Part shown: positions 48,065 to 58,672 of the stretch, piece after piece
Layout: each line of letters opens with the position of its first letter
Numbering within the stretch: the first letter of the stretch is position 1
Assembly (NCBI GenBank): GCA_947478845.1
Contig: CANJXC010000003.1
Span: 177,659 to 241,658 of the forward strand
DNA: 64,000 bases
Origin: Spirochaetales bacterium
Lineage (GTDB): Bacteria; Spirochaetota; Spirochaetia; JABEVK01
Direction: 5' to 3'
Translations under genes and position numbers: made by a program
The notes under the pieces: generated by a model
Seen by the model: the letters and a program-made list of their open reading frames with translations, nothing else
Databases searched by the model: none
What the model was told of the DNA's origin: nothing

Positions 48065-50935
48065 ATGGGTGCGGGACTGAGTTTTACGGGTACAATTACC
48101 GTTGAAGTCGACACGTTTCTCCTCCAAGCCTTTCTAAACCTCGTCAAGCAGGGCGACCAGCTTATCGATGATGCTGCTGTATTCCGCCTCCTGTCCAAGG
48201 CGGGTGTCACTTCTGGTTTCGAGGCCAAGGGAGTCATCCATGCGGTTCAGCGGTTTGCCAATTCTAGCGACACGCAAGCCCGGCTGCTGATTGCGAAGGG
48301 CGAGCTTCCTGATCCACCCCGCAGTGAGCAGTGGATTTGGCAGGAAAACCTAAGTCTCCCGGCCGAAATGAAGGACCTCTCAGGGAAAGTGGCGAAGGCT
48401 GCCGGACACCCGGAAGTTTTCAATATCCGAACCGAGAAGGTGCGCGTACAGAAGAAGGTTGGGGCCAAAGGTGGCGCGCTTGCGAACGACAAACAGGGCT
48501 TCGAGACGTCGGTCGAGAACCGCGAAGTGCGAGAAAAAGTGCTTGTTGACCCCAACCCTGGAAAGGTTTACTTCGTTAGCGCCGGCGCGTTGGTGGCCCA
48601 AGTTTCGCCGCCCCGCCTTGGCAAGCCCGGGAAAGACCTTGCGGGGCAAACCATCGCCCCGCCAGACTCCAAGCCTGCCCCGTTTTATACCGGGAAGTAT
48701 CTGCTTCGACAGCGCAATGAAGTGTTTGCCGAATCGTCTGGGTTTCTGCGCATTGGCCGCAATTGGGCCGACGTGGTTCCTTTTGAACAGCACCGTTGGC
48801 AAGTGACCTATTCTGCCGACAAGACAAGTGCGTTCTTGACTTTAGAACCCGGAAGTTCGCAGGCGCAACCGCTGCAAGCCGAGTTTGTGCTCGCCCATCT
48901 CAACGAGCACGGCTTTCCGTCGAAACTTCTCCCTGACCCTACCGACCTCCAGCAGCTGATCGACGCTGTTGTCAGTACCCGCAAGGCACTGTTTGACCAC
49001 CCGATAACGGCCAATCGCGAGGGTGGTTTTGAGGTGCATTTTTCACCCGATAAGAGCCAAGCTTTTCTGACAATTGTGAAGCCCCTCGGAAAAGGGAAAC
49101 CCATCTCGCTCAAAGACCTGGGAACCAAACTGCGCGAAGCCAACCTCAAGGGCTTCAATTTTGAGACCGTGAAAGGGGCGATAACCGAGTTTCTGGCAAG
49201 TTCCCAAACCGAGCTGAAGGACTTTCTGTTGGCGACCGGGAAAGCTCCGACGCGTAGTGGCATCAGGCAACTAGTCTACAAAGTGAGTTTTCTTGCACCT
49301 GAGGAAACCGAGCAGTTGCGCAAGAGTTTCGAAGGCAATGGGATCGACCGGCTCGATAAAGTAACCCCGGCCAAAGCCGGACAAGTGCTCGCGGTGTTTC
49401 AGGATGAGAAGGGGTCGCGGGGAAAACAAGGGCTGGATGTGTGCGGGCAGCCTATACCCCCGCTACCCGGTCAGGAACCACCAATCGTCCTTCTGACCGG
49501 AGTGCGTCGAAACGGGGACGCCCTAGAAGCCGTTCGTGATGGACTGCTGGAAATCGGGCCCAGTGGAAACGCGACTGCTTTCCGCATGCGGCTTCATCAG
49601 GATGCCACTGTCGTCGTCGCCAAAGCAGCAGACAACATGTCTGCCTACATTTCCATGTCCCAGAACAAGGGATCGGGCAAACCGCTGAGCAGGGCCCAGG
49701 TAGACGCAGTCCTGCTTCGCGAGCAAGTGACGCATGGAGTCATGTTTGACAAGATTGACGAGGCGTTCAAGGTTCTCGAAGGTGGGGGTATCGTTGACAA
49801 GGTCCTGATAGCGAAAGGAACTCCCGCTGGAAATGATTTGGAACGTCGGCTTACTTTCACAACGCCGCTCAGGACGGATTCCAAGGGGTTGCGCCGGTGT
49901 GTTGCGAGGGCTGGCGAGGTGGTAGCCGAGTTTCAACCTCCGCAGTACGACCAAGTGGATGGTAAAGACGTGCTCGGAAATCTGGTACCTTCCAAAGACA
50001 TGGAAATCCGTCCCCTGCTGGTTTCGCAAGACTTTGCAGTCGAGATTGCCGAAGACGGAAGGCAGTTGATCAAGCCACTAAAGAATGGGGATCTGGTGTT
50101 AGTCGGTGAGTCGCTGAGCCTTGTAAGTCAGGTAGCCATCACGTCGGTGGCTTCTGGTGCGGGTGGAGTGAAGTTCACGGGAGAGGTGGTGGTTTCCGGA
50201 GGGGTAGAGACCGGTACCTACGTGATGGCTGGTAGCGTGAAGATTCGCGGGCGAGTGGGCGGGGCCTTGCTCTCCTCCGATACCAACATACAAGTTTCCG
50301 AAGGCATCCATGGCGAGGGCAAGGCCGTGCTTCGGGCCAAGAAACACGTTTCGGTGGGCTTCATGGAACGCTGCCTCGTCATGGCCGTAGGCGACTTGCA
50401 CATCGGTAAGTCTGCCCTTGCGTGCACTCTGCGCATCAATGGAAAAGTTTACCAAAAGACCTCCGCCGGTGGCATCGTAGGTGGACTCGTCAAAACCCGC
50501 TTGGGTCTTGATGTGATGAACCTCGGATCGGCTGCGGGCGTTCATGCGCATGTTTCGTTTGGACAGGACTACCTCATCGAAGACCAGATTGTGGCCGAAT
50601 TAAAAGAGACCGAAAAGCTCCGTGACGCTATTGTGCACTTAGACGCTATCATGCGCCGGCTTTCGGGTCCCCTCGACCGGGATAAACTTGGAGGTGCGGC
50701 GCGCAAGAAAGTCCTCTTGATAAAAATGCTGGAGAAGCGCAACCTAAGACTGATTCATCTACGCGAAAAGTTTGAGCCCCATACACCCAGTGAAATCGTT
50801 GTCCGGGAGTCGTTGTTTCCAGGCGTCGCGATCGAAAGTCATGGGCGCCTCTATGAAGTCAAGAACCGCAAGTCGGCGATCCGCCTCGTGTTTAACCAGC
50901 AGACAGGCCATATCGAAGAGTCTCCCTTAGCCTGA
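48065..50935 (+). CDS. FapA (DUF342) family protein, long form
   Basis: Repeated S.DK..AFL, IAKG and G.DV.G units; C-terminal beta-helix and coiled coil, LFPGV.I. Confidence 0.8.
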   Translation: MGAGLSFTGTITVEVDTFLLQAFLNLVKQGDQLIDDAAVFRLLSKAGVTSGFEAKGVIHAVQRFANSSDTQARLLIAKGELPDPPRSEQWIWQENLSLPAEMKDLSGKVAKAAGHPEVFNIRTEKVRVQKKVGAKGGALANDKQGFETSVENREVREKVLVDPNPGKVYFVSAGALVAQVSPPRLGKPGKDLAGQTIAPPDSKPAPFYTGKYLLRQRNEVFAESSGFLRIGRNWADVVPFEQHRWQVTYSADKTSAFLTLEPGSSQAQPLQAEFVLAHLNEHGFPSKLLPDPTDLQQLIDAVVSTRKALFDHPITANREGGFEVHFSPDKSQAFLTIVKPLGKGKPISLKDLGTKLREANLKGFNFETVKGAITEFLASSQTELKDFLLATGKAPTRSGIRQLVYKVSFLAPEETEQLRKSFEGNGIDRLDKVTPAKAGQVLAVFQDEKGSRGKQGLDVCGQPIPPLPGQEPPIVLLTGVRRNGDALEAVRDGLLEIGPSGNATAFRMRLHQDATVVVAKAADNMSAYISMSQNKGSGKPLSRAQVDAVLLREQVTHGVMFDKIDEAFKVLEGGGIVDKVLIAKGTPAGNDLERRLTFTTPLRTDSKGLRRCVARAGEVVAEFQPPQYDQVDGKDVLGNLVPSKDMEIRPLLVSQDFAVEIAEDGRQLIKPLKNGDLVLVGESLSLVSQVAITSVASGAGGVKFTGEVVVSGGVETGTYVMAGSVKIRGRVGGALLSSDTNIQVSEGIHGEGKAVLRAKKHVSVGFMERCLVMAVGDLHIGKSALACTLRINGKVYQKTSAGGIVGGLVKTRLGLDVMNLGSAAGVHAHVSFGQDYLIEDQIVAELKETEKLRDAIVHLDAIMRRLSGPLDRDKLGGAARKKVLLIKMLEKRNLRLIHLREKFEPHTPSEIVVRESLFPGVAIESHGRLYEVKNRKSAIRLVFNQQTGHIEESPLA

Positions 50936-50945
50936 TGGAGGTACC

Positions 50946-51956
50946 ATGCCCCTTTTTCTGACTTTTCCCGATTGGATACGACCCGAAATTATTCAGGGTT
51001 TCCCTGTGCGATGGTATGGCCTGATGTACATTGTCGCCTTTTTCATCGCCTATGCTCTTTTCTTGCGTCAGGCGAAGACCAGTGGAACTACCGTTGACTC
51101 CAACAGGGTGCAGAACTTCTTCTTTGCTGGATTGGCCGGAATGTTGGTGGGGGCACGCATTTTTGCCACGCTGATTTACGATACCACTGGCCGTTACTGG
51201 CAGAACCCCCTTCTCATTTTTTGGCCCTTTGCAGACAACGGGACCTTCACCGGTTTCGCCGGCATGTCCTACCATGGCGCCGTGCTTGGTATCGTCATCG
51301 GTATGACTCTCTATGCCCGCGTCACCAAGATAGACCTGCTTCTCTGGGGCGATTGGGTGGTCGCCGGTGCCCCCCTTGGCTACACCTTCGGTCGGCTGGG
51401 AAACTTCATCAACGCCGAGTTGTGGGGGCGGGTGACGACGGCTCCCTGGGGCATCGTGTTCCCCAACGGTGAGCCACTGCCTGTGGACGAGCCTTGGGTG
51501 AAGGAGGCCATGCAGCAGACCGGAGTCACCGTGACCCAGACGATTGGTGGGTCTGAGTTCGTCAATTTGCCCCGACATCCCTCGCAGCTCTATGAGGCTT
51601 TTGGCGAGGGAATCGTGCTGTGGCTTGTGATGTGGTTCGTTCTCAAGCCTCGCAAGCCATTCAAGGGATTTCTCGTGGGTGCCTACCTTATCGGTTATGG
51701 GCTGATTCGCTTCGTCATCGAGTACTTGAGAAACCCCGACAAGGGGCTGGACTTCATTATCGTTTTCCAGCCTGGCTACAGCACCAGCCAGCTCTCTGTT
51801 CCCCTGTTGAACTTCAGTATGGGCCAAATCCTCTGCGCGGTGATGATTCTCGCCGGCGCACTCTGGATTGCCCTCTGTGCGAGGCTCGACCAGAAGGCCA
51901 GGGAACAAGCCAAGGTTGAGACTCCGGCGGCCAAGAAGCCCCGGCGAAAACGCTGA
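50946..51956 (+). CDS. lgt: Prolipoprotein diacylglyceryl transferase
   Basis: VRWYGLMY, GMSYHG, GRLGNFINAELWGR, HPSQLYEA. Confidence 0.96.
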   Translation: MPLFLTFPDWIRPEIIQGFPVRWYGLMYIVAFFIAYALFLRQAKTSGTTVDSNRVQNFFFAGLAGMLVGARIFATLIYDTTGRYWQNPLLIFWPFADNGTFTGFAGMSYHGAVLGIVIGMTLYARVTKIDLLLWGDWVVAGAPLGYTFGRLGNFINAELWGRVTTAPWGIVFPNGEPLPVDEPWVKEAMQQTGVTVTQTIGGSEFVNLPRHPSQLYEAFGEGIVLWLVMWFVLKPRKPFKGFLVGAYLIGYGLIRFVIEYLRNPDKGLDFIIVFQPGYSTSQLSVPLLNFSMGQILCAVMILAGALWIALCARLDQKAREQAKVETPAAKKPRRKR

Positions 51957-51989
51957 TCTAAGGCCAAGAACTTTCTCAAAGCAAGTCCT

Positions 51990-53411
51990 TTAGCCAAGAG
52001 CTTCAAGACTTTCCTGGGCGATGCCGTTGGTCTGATAGGGATGGATGTTGTACACCCACCCCGCGTCGAAGATATTGAGAAAGTCGTTGAGGGGCCGTAC
52101 CGAAACCGTCAGCGAATAGAAGCGCGTCTGGCGGGCTTCCTGTTGGCGGCGTATCGCCTGACGAATGGCGCTGGGAATCTTGGGTACGGCAAAATCACTG
52201 CAAACCAGCACATCCGCGTCGCGGAAGGCCTGCTCTTCGAGAACCTTCAGGGTTTCGCGCAGGGCCGGGGCGAGGTCGGTTCCGCCGTGAAAGCTGAACT
52301 CAAGAAACTCGATGAGGTCGGGAAGTCGGCGTGCCAGATCCGTGATTTCCAGGGTGCGAACCTTCGACGAGAAGTTGATCAGGTAGCACGGCCGCTGTTC
52401 TTCCAAAGCCACGCGTACGAGGGCCAAAACCGCCGTTTTGGCCACTTCCTCGGGCTTGCCCCGCATCGAACCTGACGTGTCGAGGCAAACGATGAGAGGA
52501 CCCCGCTCATTTTTCGCTTGCCTGACCTCGGAGCGTTTTGCCGAGAGTACCGCAGGTGGCGCAGGGGTGAAGTGGTCCCACGAAAGGAGCTCGCCTTCCG
52601 CCGTTTTCCGGTAGAACAAGGTGCTTGTGTCGGGAAACGACAGCAGCGCCAACTCGCTGCTCAGAGCGGTGCTCCACTCGGAGCCAAAAGTAACGCCACG
52701 AATTTCTGTTTTGCCCGGTTCGGGTTCCGGGTGTGCTTGAGGCGGTAGCGGGGGTGGAACCGGCGGCTTCGAACGCGCGCGGTAGTCCCTGCCCATGAGT
52801 TCGGCAATGCGGCGAAGCGCGGGTTCTTTTTCCAGTTCTTCGGCAGCCTTATGCAGGGGGCCGAAGTCGAGGGAGTCCCAAATCCCTTCCTCTAGGTCCC
52901 AACCAATATCTCGGTCGGTGAGTAGGGCCTTCACGGCTTCCTCCGCTTCGATCAGTTTCTTTACCCTGAGCAAAAGGTGCTGGTGAAACGGCAGAAGTTC
53001 TACGGCCCGCTGCCTGTTACGCACTGCCGTCTGCCTTTCTGCTTGTTGTTCACGCCAGGTTGCGAGAAGCTTGCGGGGATGTTGTGAATGGGCGGACCAT
53101 GCTTCGGAGTGAGCGGGATAGAGTGAACCAAGGAAGTTTTGCGCGGCTCCGGGCGAAAGGGTTCCCGCCTCGAGTTGAACCAGAAGTCGGTTTTCCTGGC
53201 GGTCCAAAGGAGTTCCTGAGCTGGCTAACTGCCTGCCAACCCACAACTCGATGGACTTTGCCGTCTTAGCCGCCCAGCGGGAGGTTTCAGCTTCATCGGC
53301 AACTGTGCCAGAACCACCGGCCCACGGCCACAGTTGTTTACGGTGGGCAAACCACTGGCGCAGGTAGGTTTCCTGAGGCAGTCGCCGGGCTAGTTCGGCG
53401 TCCAAGCTCAT
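51990..53411 (-). CDS. viaA: VWA-domain protein, ViaA-like
   Basis: RGPLIVCLDTSGSM (MIDAS), FHGGTD, ADVLVCSDF. Coupled to the ravA-like gene. Confidence 0.75.
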   Translation of the reverse strand: MSLDAELARRLPQETYLRQWFAHRKQLWPWAGGSGTVADEAETSRWAAKTAKSIELWVGRQLASSGTPLDRQENRLLVQLEAGTLSPGAAQNFLGSLYPAHSEAWSAHSQHPRKLLATWREQQAERQTAVRNRQRAVELLPFHQHLLLRVKKLIEAEEAVKALLTDRDIGWDLEEGIWDSLDFGPLHKAAEELEKEPALRRIAELMGRDYRARSKPPVPPPLPPQAHPEPEPGKTEIRGVTFGSEWSTALSSELALLSFPDTSTLFYRKTAEGELLSWDHFTPAPPAVLSAKRSEVRQAKNERGPLIVCLDTSGSMRGKPEEVAKTAVLALVRVALEEQRPCYLINFSSKVRTLEITDLARRLPDLIEFLEFSFHGGTDLAPALRETLKVLEEQAFRDADVLVCSDFAVPKIPSAIRQAIRRQQEARQTRFYSLTVSVRPLNDFLNIFDAGWVYNIHPYQTNGIAQESLEALG

Positions 53412-54934
53412 CGGCGGGAGTCTCCCGGGGTTCGGGTTTCTATGAGGGTTTCAAGATCGACTAGCAAGTCACCGGCAGCCAACCCATCGCGGTCAAGACC
53501 TTGCCGGCAAGCAACCAGCCATTCTGGGCTTTTGCCACCGCAGAACAGGTGTTCCTTAGCTTCGAGCGACTTTTGAGCGGCCAGTTCTTCCAGGACCTGT
53601 CGGGCCGTCAACAATTTCTTGACCAGGGCTTCCGCTTGGCTTTCCCAAGCTCGTAAGGCAGGTCCATCGGGAAGGACTTTGTCCCACACGGTAATTTCTT
53701 CAGCCTGGTTTTCCAACAGGTAGAGCCGTCCGTCCACCTCGATTTCGGCGCTACCACCGGTTCCCCTTAACAGGTGTTTTTCGCTGTGCTGGAACGGACC
53801 ATAAGGGGTGAAGAAGAACAGCTCTCCCTCAAGGTCTTCCTCGGTCTTCAAAAGGGCGTAGTCTTGGGCCCAAACACGGGCCGAAAGCGGCCCTTGATAA
53901 CCCACCAAGGCAAAATATTCTCCGTCCTGCAGAACCGGTTTGGGCCGAGTCATTTTTCGTTCTTTGAGCATCAGCCGGCGAAGGTTCTCCCGTTGGGTTT
54001 CCACGCCATCGGCCAGTTCGTCCAGCGAAACGTCGCTCGGCCAGCCGAAATCCGACAGGGTTTCCAGGAGTACACGCACCACCTCGGGTCGCTCAGAAGG
54101 CTTGTGCCACAGCACGTGCTCGAGCAGTCCCAAATCGAGGCTGTCGACCTCCTTGCGCCCATGAACGACAGCGCACGCCTTGAGAATCTTGGCGGCCCGC
54201 TTCCACCGCCGATCCGACACGTAGGGACCTTGCTCTAGGCTTTCTCTCAGGGCTTCGAGGGCGGCGAGGACGTTCTCGGGAAGGCTCACCTGGTCGATTT
54301 TTTCCTGGAACTCGAGCCAGTCGGCGTGTGTAATCACATCTTCTGGCGCCACGGTGCCCACCTCGAGCGTGGAGTGCCCAGTTACCAGATTCCTAAAGGA
54401 TTGGGCCGATTCCACCGGACCTACCTCGAGGCGAAGTAAAAAGCGGTCCCAAAACGCCTCGGCGTTTTCTTCCCCCTCTGGGAGCCCGTTGGAGGCGGCC
54501 ACCAGCAGTTTGAGAGGAACCTTGAGCTCGAGGCTACCATTGCGGAAGACCTTTTCATTGAGGATTGTGAGCAGAGAGTTTTGAATGGGAGGACTTGAGC
54601 GCCAAATCTCATCGAGGAAGGCGATGTCAGCCTCGGGCAGGTAGCCACCGGTCTTGCGTTCAAACACGTCGCGGTCGCGCAGACCCGCGATGCTGAGCGG
54701 GCCAAAAATCTCCTCGGGGGTGGAAAACCTGCCCATTAGGTACTCAAACGCGCGGGCATTCTGAAGAGCAGCCTTGAGGCGACGGGCCACCAGACTCTTG
54801 GCAACTCCCGGTGGACCGAGAAGAAAAAGGCTCTCGCCGGCGAGGAGGGCCAGAAGACCCAGGGAAAGGGCAGTTTCGCGTTCGAGAACGCCCTCGCTGA
54901 GAGCACCGACAAGCCGTTGGAAGCGATGTTGCAT
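53408..54934 (-). CDS. ravA: MoxR-family AAA+ ATPase, RavA-like
   Basis: GESLFLLGPPGVAKSLVARRL, FEYLMGRFSTPEEIFGP, FLDEIW, SDRRW. Confidence 0.85.
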   Translation of the reverse strand: MQHRFQRLVGALSEGVLERETALSLGLLALLAGESLFLLGPPGVAKSLVARRLKAALQNARAFEYLMGRFSTPEEIFGPLSIAGLRDRDVFERKTGGYLPEADIAFLDEIWRSSPPIQNSLLTILNEKVFRNGSLELKVPLKLLVAASNGLPEGEENAEAFWDRFLLRLEVGPVESAQSFRNLVTGHSTLEVGTVAPEDVITHADWLEFQEKIDQVSLPENVLAALEALRESLEQGPYVSDRRWKRAAKILKACAVVHGRKEVDSLDLGLLEHVLWHKPSERPEVVRVLLETLSDFGWPSDVSLDELADGVETQRENLRRLMLKERKMTRPKPVLQDGEYFALVGYQGPLSARVWAQDYALLKTEEDLEGELFFFTPYGPFQHSEKHLLRGTGGSAEIEVDGRLYLLENQAEEITVWDKVLPDGPALRAWESQAEALVKKLLTARQVLEELAAQKSLEAKEHLFCGGKSPEWLVACRQGLDRDGLAAGDLLVDLETLIETRTPGDSRR

Positions 54935-54982
54935 CCTTTCAGGATAGTGGCGCCGGTAGAATTAATCTATTAGACTGTCGGA

Positions 54983-55855
54983 ATGGATTTTCCTATCATC
55001 GATTTCGACCCCAACGAAGACCTTGTTTTTCCCCCCAAGGTTGAGCAAAAGTACACTTCAGGCGAGTTTATGGCACATATCATCGCCTACGAACCCTCAG
55101 ACGGAAATACGGCCCTCTGGCACTTGGGCCAGAACTGTTGGATCTTAAAAGGGCCCACAACTGCCGAAGGACCCGGGAAGATTGTTTGCATCGACCCCTA
55201 CCTGACCGACTATGCGGCCAGCAAACGAACGAAGGTCCGCGTACCAAAGAGCCGCTTGCTGCCGGTTTTCATCGAGCCCGAAGACCTTCACGCGGACGTT
55301 GTTGTGATTACCCACAGTCATGTCGACCACGCCGACCCTTTCACCCTGGAAAGGCTCAAGATCAAGCAGACGGCGAGGTTTCTCACCTCGTGGCAGACCC
55401 TGAAAATCTTAACCGAGGCCGGCATTCCCTCGTCGCGCCAGTTGCTGATGCATCCCCTCCAAACGGAAACGGTGGACGGAATCGAGTTCACAGGAACCTT
55501 CGCTGAGCCTACCGACTTTGTTGACCTGAATCACATGGGTTTTGTGATGCGCTTTCCAGGCGGCAAAACCTACTACAATTCCGGGGACACCGCAAAAACC
55601 GAGCTCCTAGAGCATGTGAAGAGTTTCCAACCCGAGGTAATGAGCATCTGCATCAACGGTGGCTACCACAACCTCAGCCATTGGGAAGCCGCGGAGTTGA
55701 CGGCCCTCATCCGGCCCAAGGTGGTGTTGCCTGCGCACTTCGACATGATGCCGCACAACCTTCAAAGTCCCCACATGTTCCGCAAGAGCCTCTACGAAAA
55801 GGCAAAGGGTGTGCAGTACCACAGGGTGGAATACTACACGGCGTTTGAGTTCTGA
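54983..55855 (+). CDS. MBL-fold metallo-hydrolase (UlaG-like)
   Basis: WHLGQ, THSHVDH, YNSGDT, PAHFDM. Confidence 0.85.
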   Translation: MDFPIIDFDPNEDLVFPPKVEQKYTSGEFMAHIIAYEPSDGNTALWHLGQNCWILKGPTTAEGPGKIVCIDPYLTDYAASKRTKVRVPKSRLLPVFIEPEDLHADVVVITHSHVDHADPFTLERLKIKQTARFLTSWQTLKILTEAGIPSSRQLLMHPLQTETVDGIEFTGTFAEPTDFVDLNHMGFVMRFPGGKTYYNSGDTAKTELLEHVKSFQPEVMSICINGGYHNLSHWEAAELTALIRPKVVLPAHFDMMPHNLQSPHMFRKSLYEKAKGVQYHRVEYYTAFEF

Positions 55856-55860
55856 CGAAG

Positions 55861-57144
55861 CTATTCCGCCTTGACCCTCTCGATACGCGCGCCTAGAGTC
55901 GCGAGGCGGGTGGCTATGTTTTCGTAGCCCCTCTCAATCTGGTACACGTTTTGTATGGTGCTTTGGCCTTCTGCGCAAAGGGCGGCAATCACCAGTGCCA
56001 TGCCGGCGCGCACGTCGGGGCTCACCAAGTCCATGCTCTGCAAACTTGAGGCGCCACTGACTACGGCCCGGTGCGGGTCGCACAAAATGATGCCGGCGCC
56101 CATTCCGATGAGCTTATCAACCCAGAACATGCGGCTCTCGAACATCTTGTCGTGGATGAGGATGGTGCCCTGACACTGGGTGGCCACCACCGTCATGATG
56201 GGCAGAATGTCCGGCGGGAACCCGGGCCAAGGGCTGTCGTCGATCTTGGGTATTTGACCGCCGAGGTCGCTGACGATTTTCATCGGTTGGCCGGCCGGTA
56301 TGCGGATGGAATTGCCTTCGGTTTCCCAGTAGATGCCCAACTTGGCGAACCCCAGCTTGGTCATGCGCAGGTGCTGGGGTTGCACGTCGTCGATGATCAG
56401 TTCGCTGTGCGTGCAGGCCGCAAGCCCGATGAGCGACCCCACTTCCATGAAATCGGTGCCGATTCGGAACTCGGTGCCGTGCAGCGTTTTCACTCCATCG
56501 ATTTCTAAGATATTGCTGCCGATACCCCGGATGCGGGCACCCATGCTATTGAGCATTTGGCAGAGGTCCTGAACGTGAGGTTCACCGGCGGCATTTTGAA
56601 GGACGGTTTTACCTTCTGCTAGAACGGCCGCCATGATGGCGTTCTCTGTAGCCGTCACAGACGCTTCGTCTAGAAATAAGTCCAGACCGATAAGCTTGTT
56701 GGCCGTCAGCGTGTAAACTGTGTCGACTTCAAAGCGCGCGCCGAGTTCGCTGAGCGCCAAGAAGTGGGTGTCGAGGCGGCGGCGCCCGATCACGTCTCCG
56801 CCGGGGGGCGGGAGGATTACTTTGCCCACACGGGCCAACATGGGGCCGGCAAACAGAATGGAGGCGCGCACTTTTTTTGCTAAATCCGCCGAGATTTCGT
56901 GCTTATGGATATTCGTGGTTGTGACCAGAAAGGTATTGCTCGATTCGCGGATCACTGTTGAGCCTAAATCCCGTAAAATGTCGAACATCACCAAAATGTC
57001 CTCGATTTCAGGCACGTTGGTGAGGCGCACAGGTTCGCTGGTGAGCAGGCAAGCCGCTACGCAGGGCAGGGCCGCGTTCTTGTTGCCATTGGCGCGGATG
57101 CGGCCTGTGAGGGGATACCCCCCGTCGATCACGTATTTATGCAT
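55861..57144 (-). CDS. murA: UDP-N-acetylglucosamine 1-carboxyvinyltransferase (Cys-to-Asp type)
   Basis: [41 protein letters not shown]. Confidence 0.96.
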   Translation of the reverse strand: MHKYVIDGGYPLTGRIRANGNKNAALPCVAACLLTSEPVRLTNVPEIEDILVMFDILRDLGSTVIRESSNTFLVTTTNIHKHEISADLAKKVRASILFAGPMLARVGKVILPPPGGDVIGRRRLDTHFLALSELGARFEVDTVYTLTANKLIGLDLFLDEASVTATENAIMAAVLAEGKTVLQNAAGEPHVQDLCQMLNSMGARIRGIGSNILEIDGVKTLHGTEFRIGTDFMEVGSLIGLAACTHSELIIDDVQPQHLRMTKLGFAKLGIYWETEGNSIRIPAGQPMKIVSDLGGQIPKIDDSPWPGFPPDILPIMTVVATQCQGTILIHDKMFESRMFWVDKLIGMGAGIILCDPHRAVVSGASSLQSMDLVSPDVRAGMALVIAALCAEGQSTIQNVYQIERGYENIATRLATLGARIERVKAE

Positions 57145-57150
57145 GAGCGC

Positions 57151-57179
57151 ATTATCCGGCCGAGGCCGGGGGGTGTCAA
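57151..57179 (-). promoter_or_regulatory. sigma70 promoter of murA, probably leaderless
   Basis: TTGACA-N17-GATAAT-N6-ATG(57144). Confidence 0.75.
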
Positions 57180-57207
57180 GAAATGCGCTTTCGTCGCATG
57201 GTGGGGC

Positions 57208-57972
57208 ATGACGGATTTGTTGACCTTGGCCGCTTTGGCGGTGGCCGCCTTTGCCGCGGGGCTCATCGATGCCATCGCAGGTGGGGGAGGCCTCATCACC
57301 GTACCGGCCCTTTTGGCGGCAGGGCTTCCTCCGCTGCAGGCACTAGGAACCAATAAACTGCAATCGAGCTTCGGCAGTGGTATGGCCCTCTACCGCTACG
57401 CACGGGTAGGCTTGCTCCCGATCAACTCGAGCCACGAAGTACCGCTGGCGGTGCTGTTTACGGCTTGCGGCGCCGTTGCGGGAACCCTCACGGTGGGCTT
57501 TCTGCCCGCAGGTTGGTTGAAGTGGCTCATCCCCTTGGCGTTGGCCGCGGTGCTCACATTTGTGTTTCTGCAACCCAAATGGGGACAAACCCCGAGCGTA
57601 GCCCGTTGGAAGGTTGTGCCCTTCTTTGCCGTGTTTGGCCTCACGCTGGGGTTCTACGACGGTTTTCTGGGCCCTGGCACCGGCACCTTCTGGACGCTGG
57701 CCTTGATTGGCCTGCTTGGCCGGGACCTAGCAGTGGCGACGGCTCAAACTAAAGTGTCGAACTTCACCTCTAATGTGGTCGCTCTGACCATCTTTGCTTT
57801 GCAAGGTCACGTGTTGTGGATGGTGGGGCTCGTGATGGGCCTCAGCCAAGCCGCCGGCGCCTGGTTGGGCTCGCATCTGGCCTTGAAGCGCGGCGTTAAG
57901 TTCATCCGCGTCGTGTTTCTGCTCGTGGTGAGTGCGACGCTGGTCAAGCTGCTTTGGTCGGCTGTGGGGTAA
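57208..57972 (+). CDS. TSUP (TauE/SafE, YfcA-like) membrane transporter
   Basis: [34 protein letters not shown]. Confidence 0.92.
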   Translation: MTDLLTLAALAVAAFAAGLIDAIAGGGGLITVPALLAAGLPPLQALGTNKLQSSFGSGMALYRYARVGLLPINSSHEVPLAVLFTACGAVAGTLTVGFLPAGWLKWLIPLALAAVLTFVFLQPKWGQTPSVARWKVVPFFAVFGLTLGFYDGFLGPGTGTFWTLALIGLLGRDLAVATAQTKVSNFTSNVVALTIFALQGHVLWMVGLVMGLSQAAGAWLGSHLALKRGVKFIRVVFLLVVSATLVKLLWSAVG

Positions 57973-58581
57973 TCACCCGCCTACCACGTCGGCAGCCAGG
58001 AACACCTCGTCCACGTCGAGCTCAAAACCTGGCAGCGCTGCACTGGCCAGTTTGCCGGTTTTTTCAAACGTGACCTCGATGCCGAACTTGCCATCCGCCT
58101 GGCGAACGTACTGCTGGAGCCACTTCCCATTGGGGTCGACTATCCAGTACTCAAGGACTCCGCCGCGCTCGTACAGATCGAACTTTTCGTGCTGGTCTTT
58201 GCGGCTGGTGGAATTGCTGAGAATCTCTACCACCAAGTCGGGGGCACCCCAGATTCCCTTTTCGAGAATCTTCGTTTTGTCGCAGACCACCAGCACATCG
58301 GGCTGGACCACGGTGTCTACGTCGTCTTCATCCATTTCGCGAAGGGGTGGGAAAAACACATCCACTGCAGCGTGGAACACGGTGCACGGTTTGCCCTTGA
58401 GAAAGGTTGCCAATTGACGGTAGATTTCGCCCGAAATGCCCTGATGGGGAGTCCTAGGCGCCGGGCTCATGTTGTAGGCCACGCCGTGGATGAGTTCCCA
58501 CCTCTCGTCGCCCCACTGGCGGTAGTCGCGGTAGGTGTAGTGCTGGTCAAACTTTCGGACGGGGATTCCCATGTTCCTCAT
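57973..58581 (-). CDS. Uma2 (DUF820) family PD-(D/E)xK-like endonuclease
   Basis: RWELIHG, MSPAP..HQ, VQPD, APDLVVEILS, EYWIVDP. Confidence 0.92.
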   Translation of the reverse strand: MRNMGIPVRKFDQHYTYRDYRQWGDERWELIHGVAYNMSPAPRTPHQGISGEIYRQLATFLKGKPCTVFHAAVDVFFPPLREMDEDDVDTVVQPDVLVVCDKTKILEKGIWGAPDLVVEILSNSTSRKDQHEKFDLYERGGVLEYWIVDPNGKWLQQYVRQADGKFGIEVTFEKTGKLASAALPGFELDVDEVFLAADVVGG

Positions 58582-58672
58582 GCCTCCATTGTAACCCGAT
58601 ACACAAGGGTTGGCGAGGTTTGGCTTGTGTCCTTTGTTGATCGGAACCCCTTCAGAGGCAAGACACTGGCGG

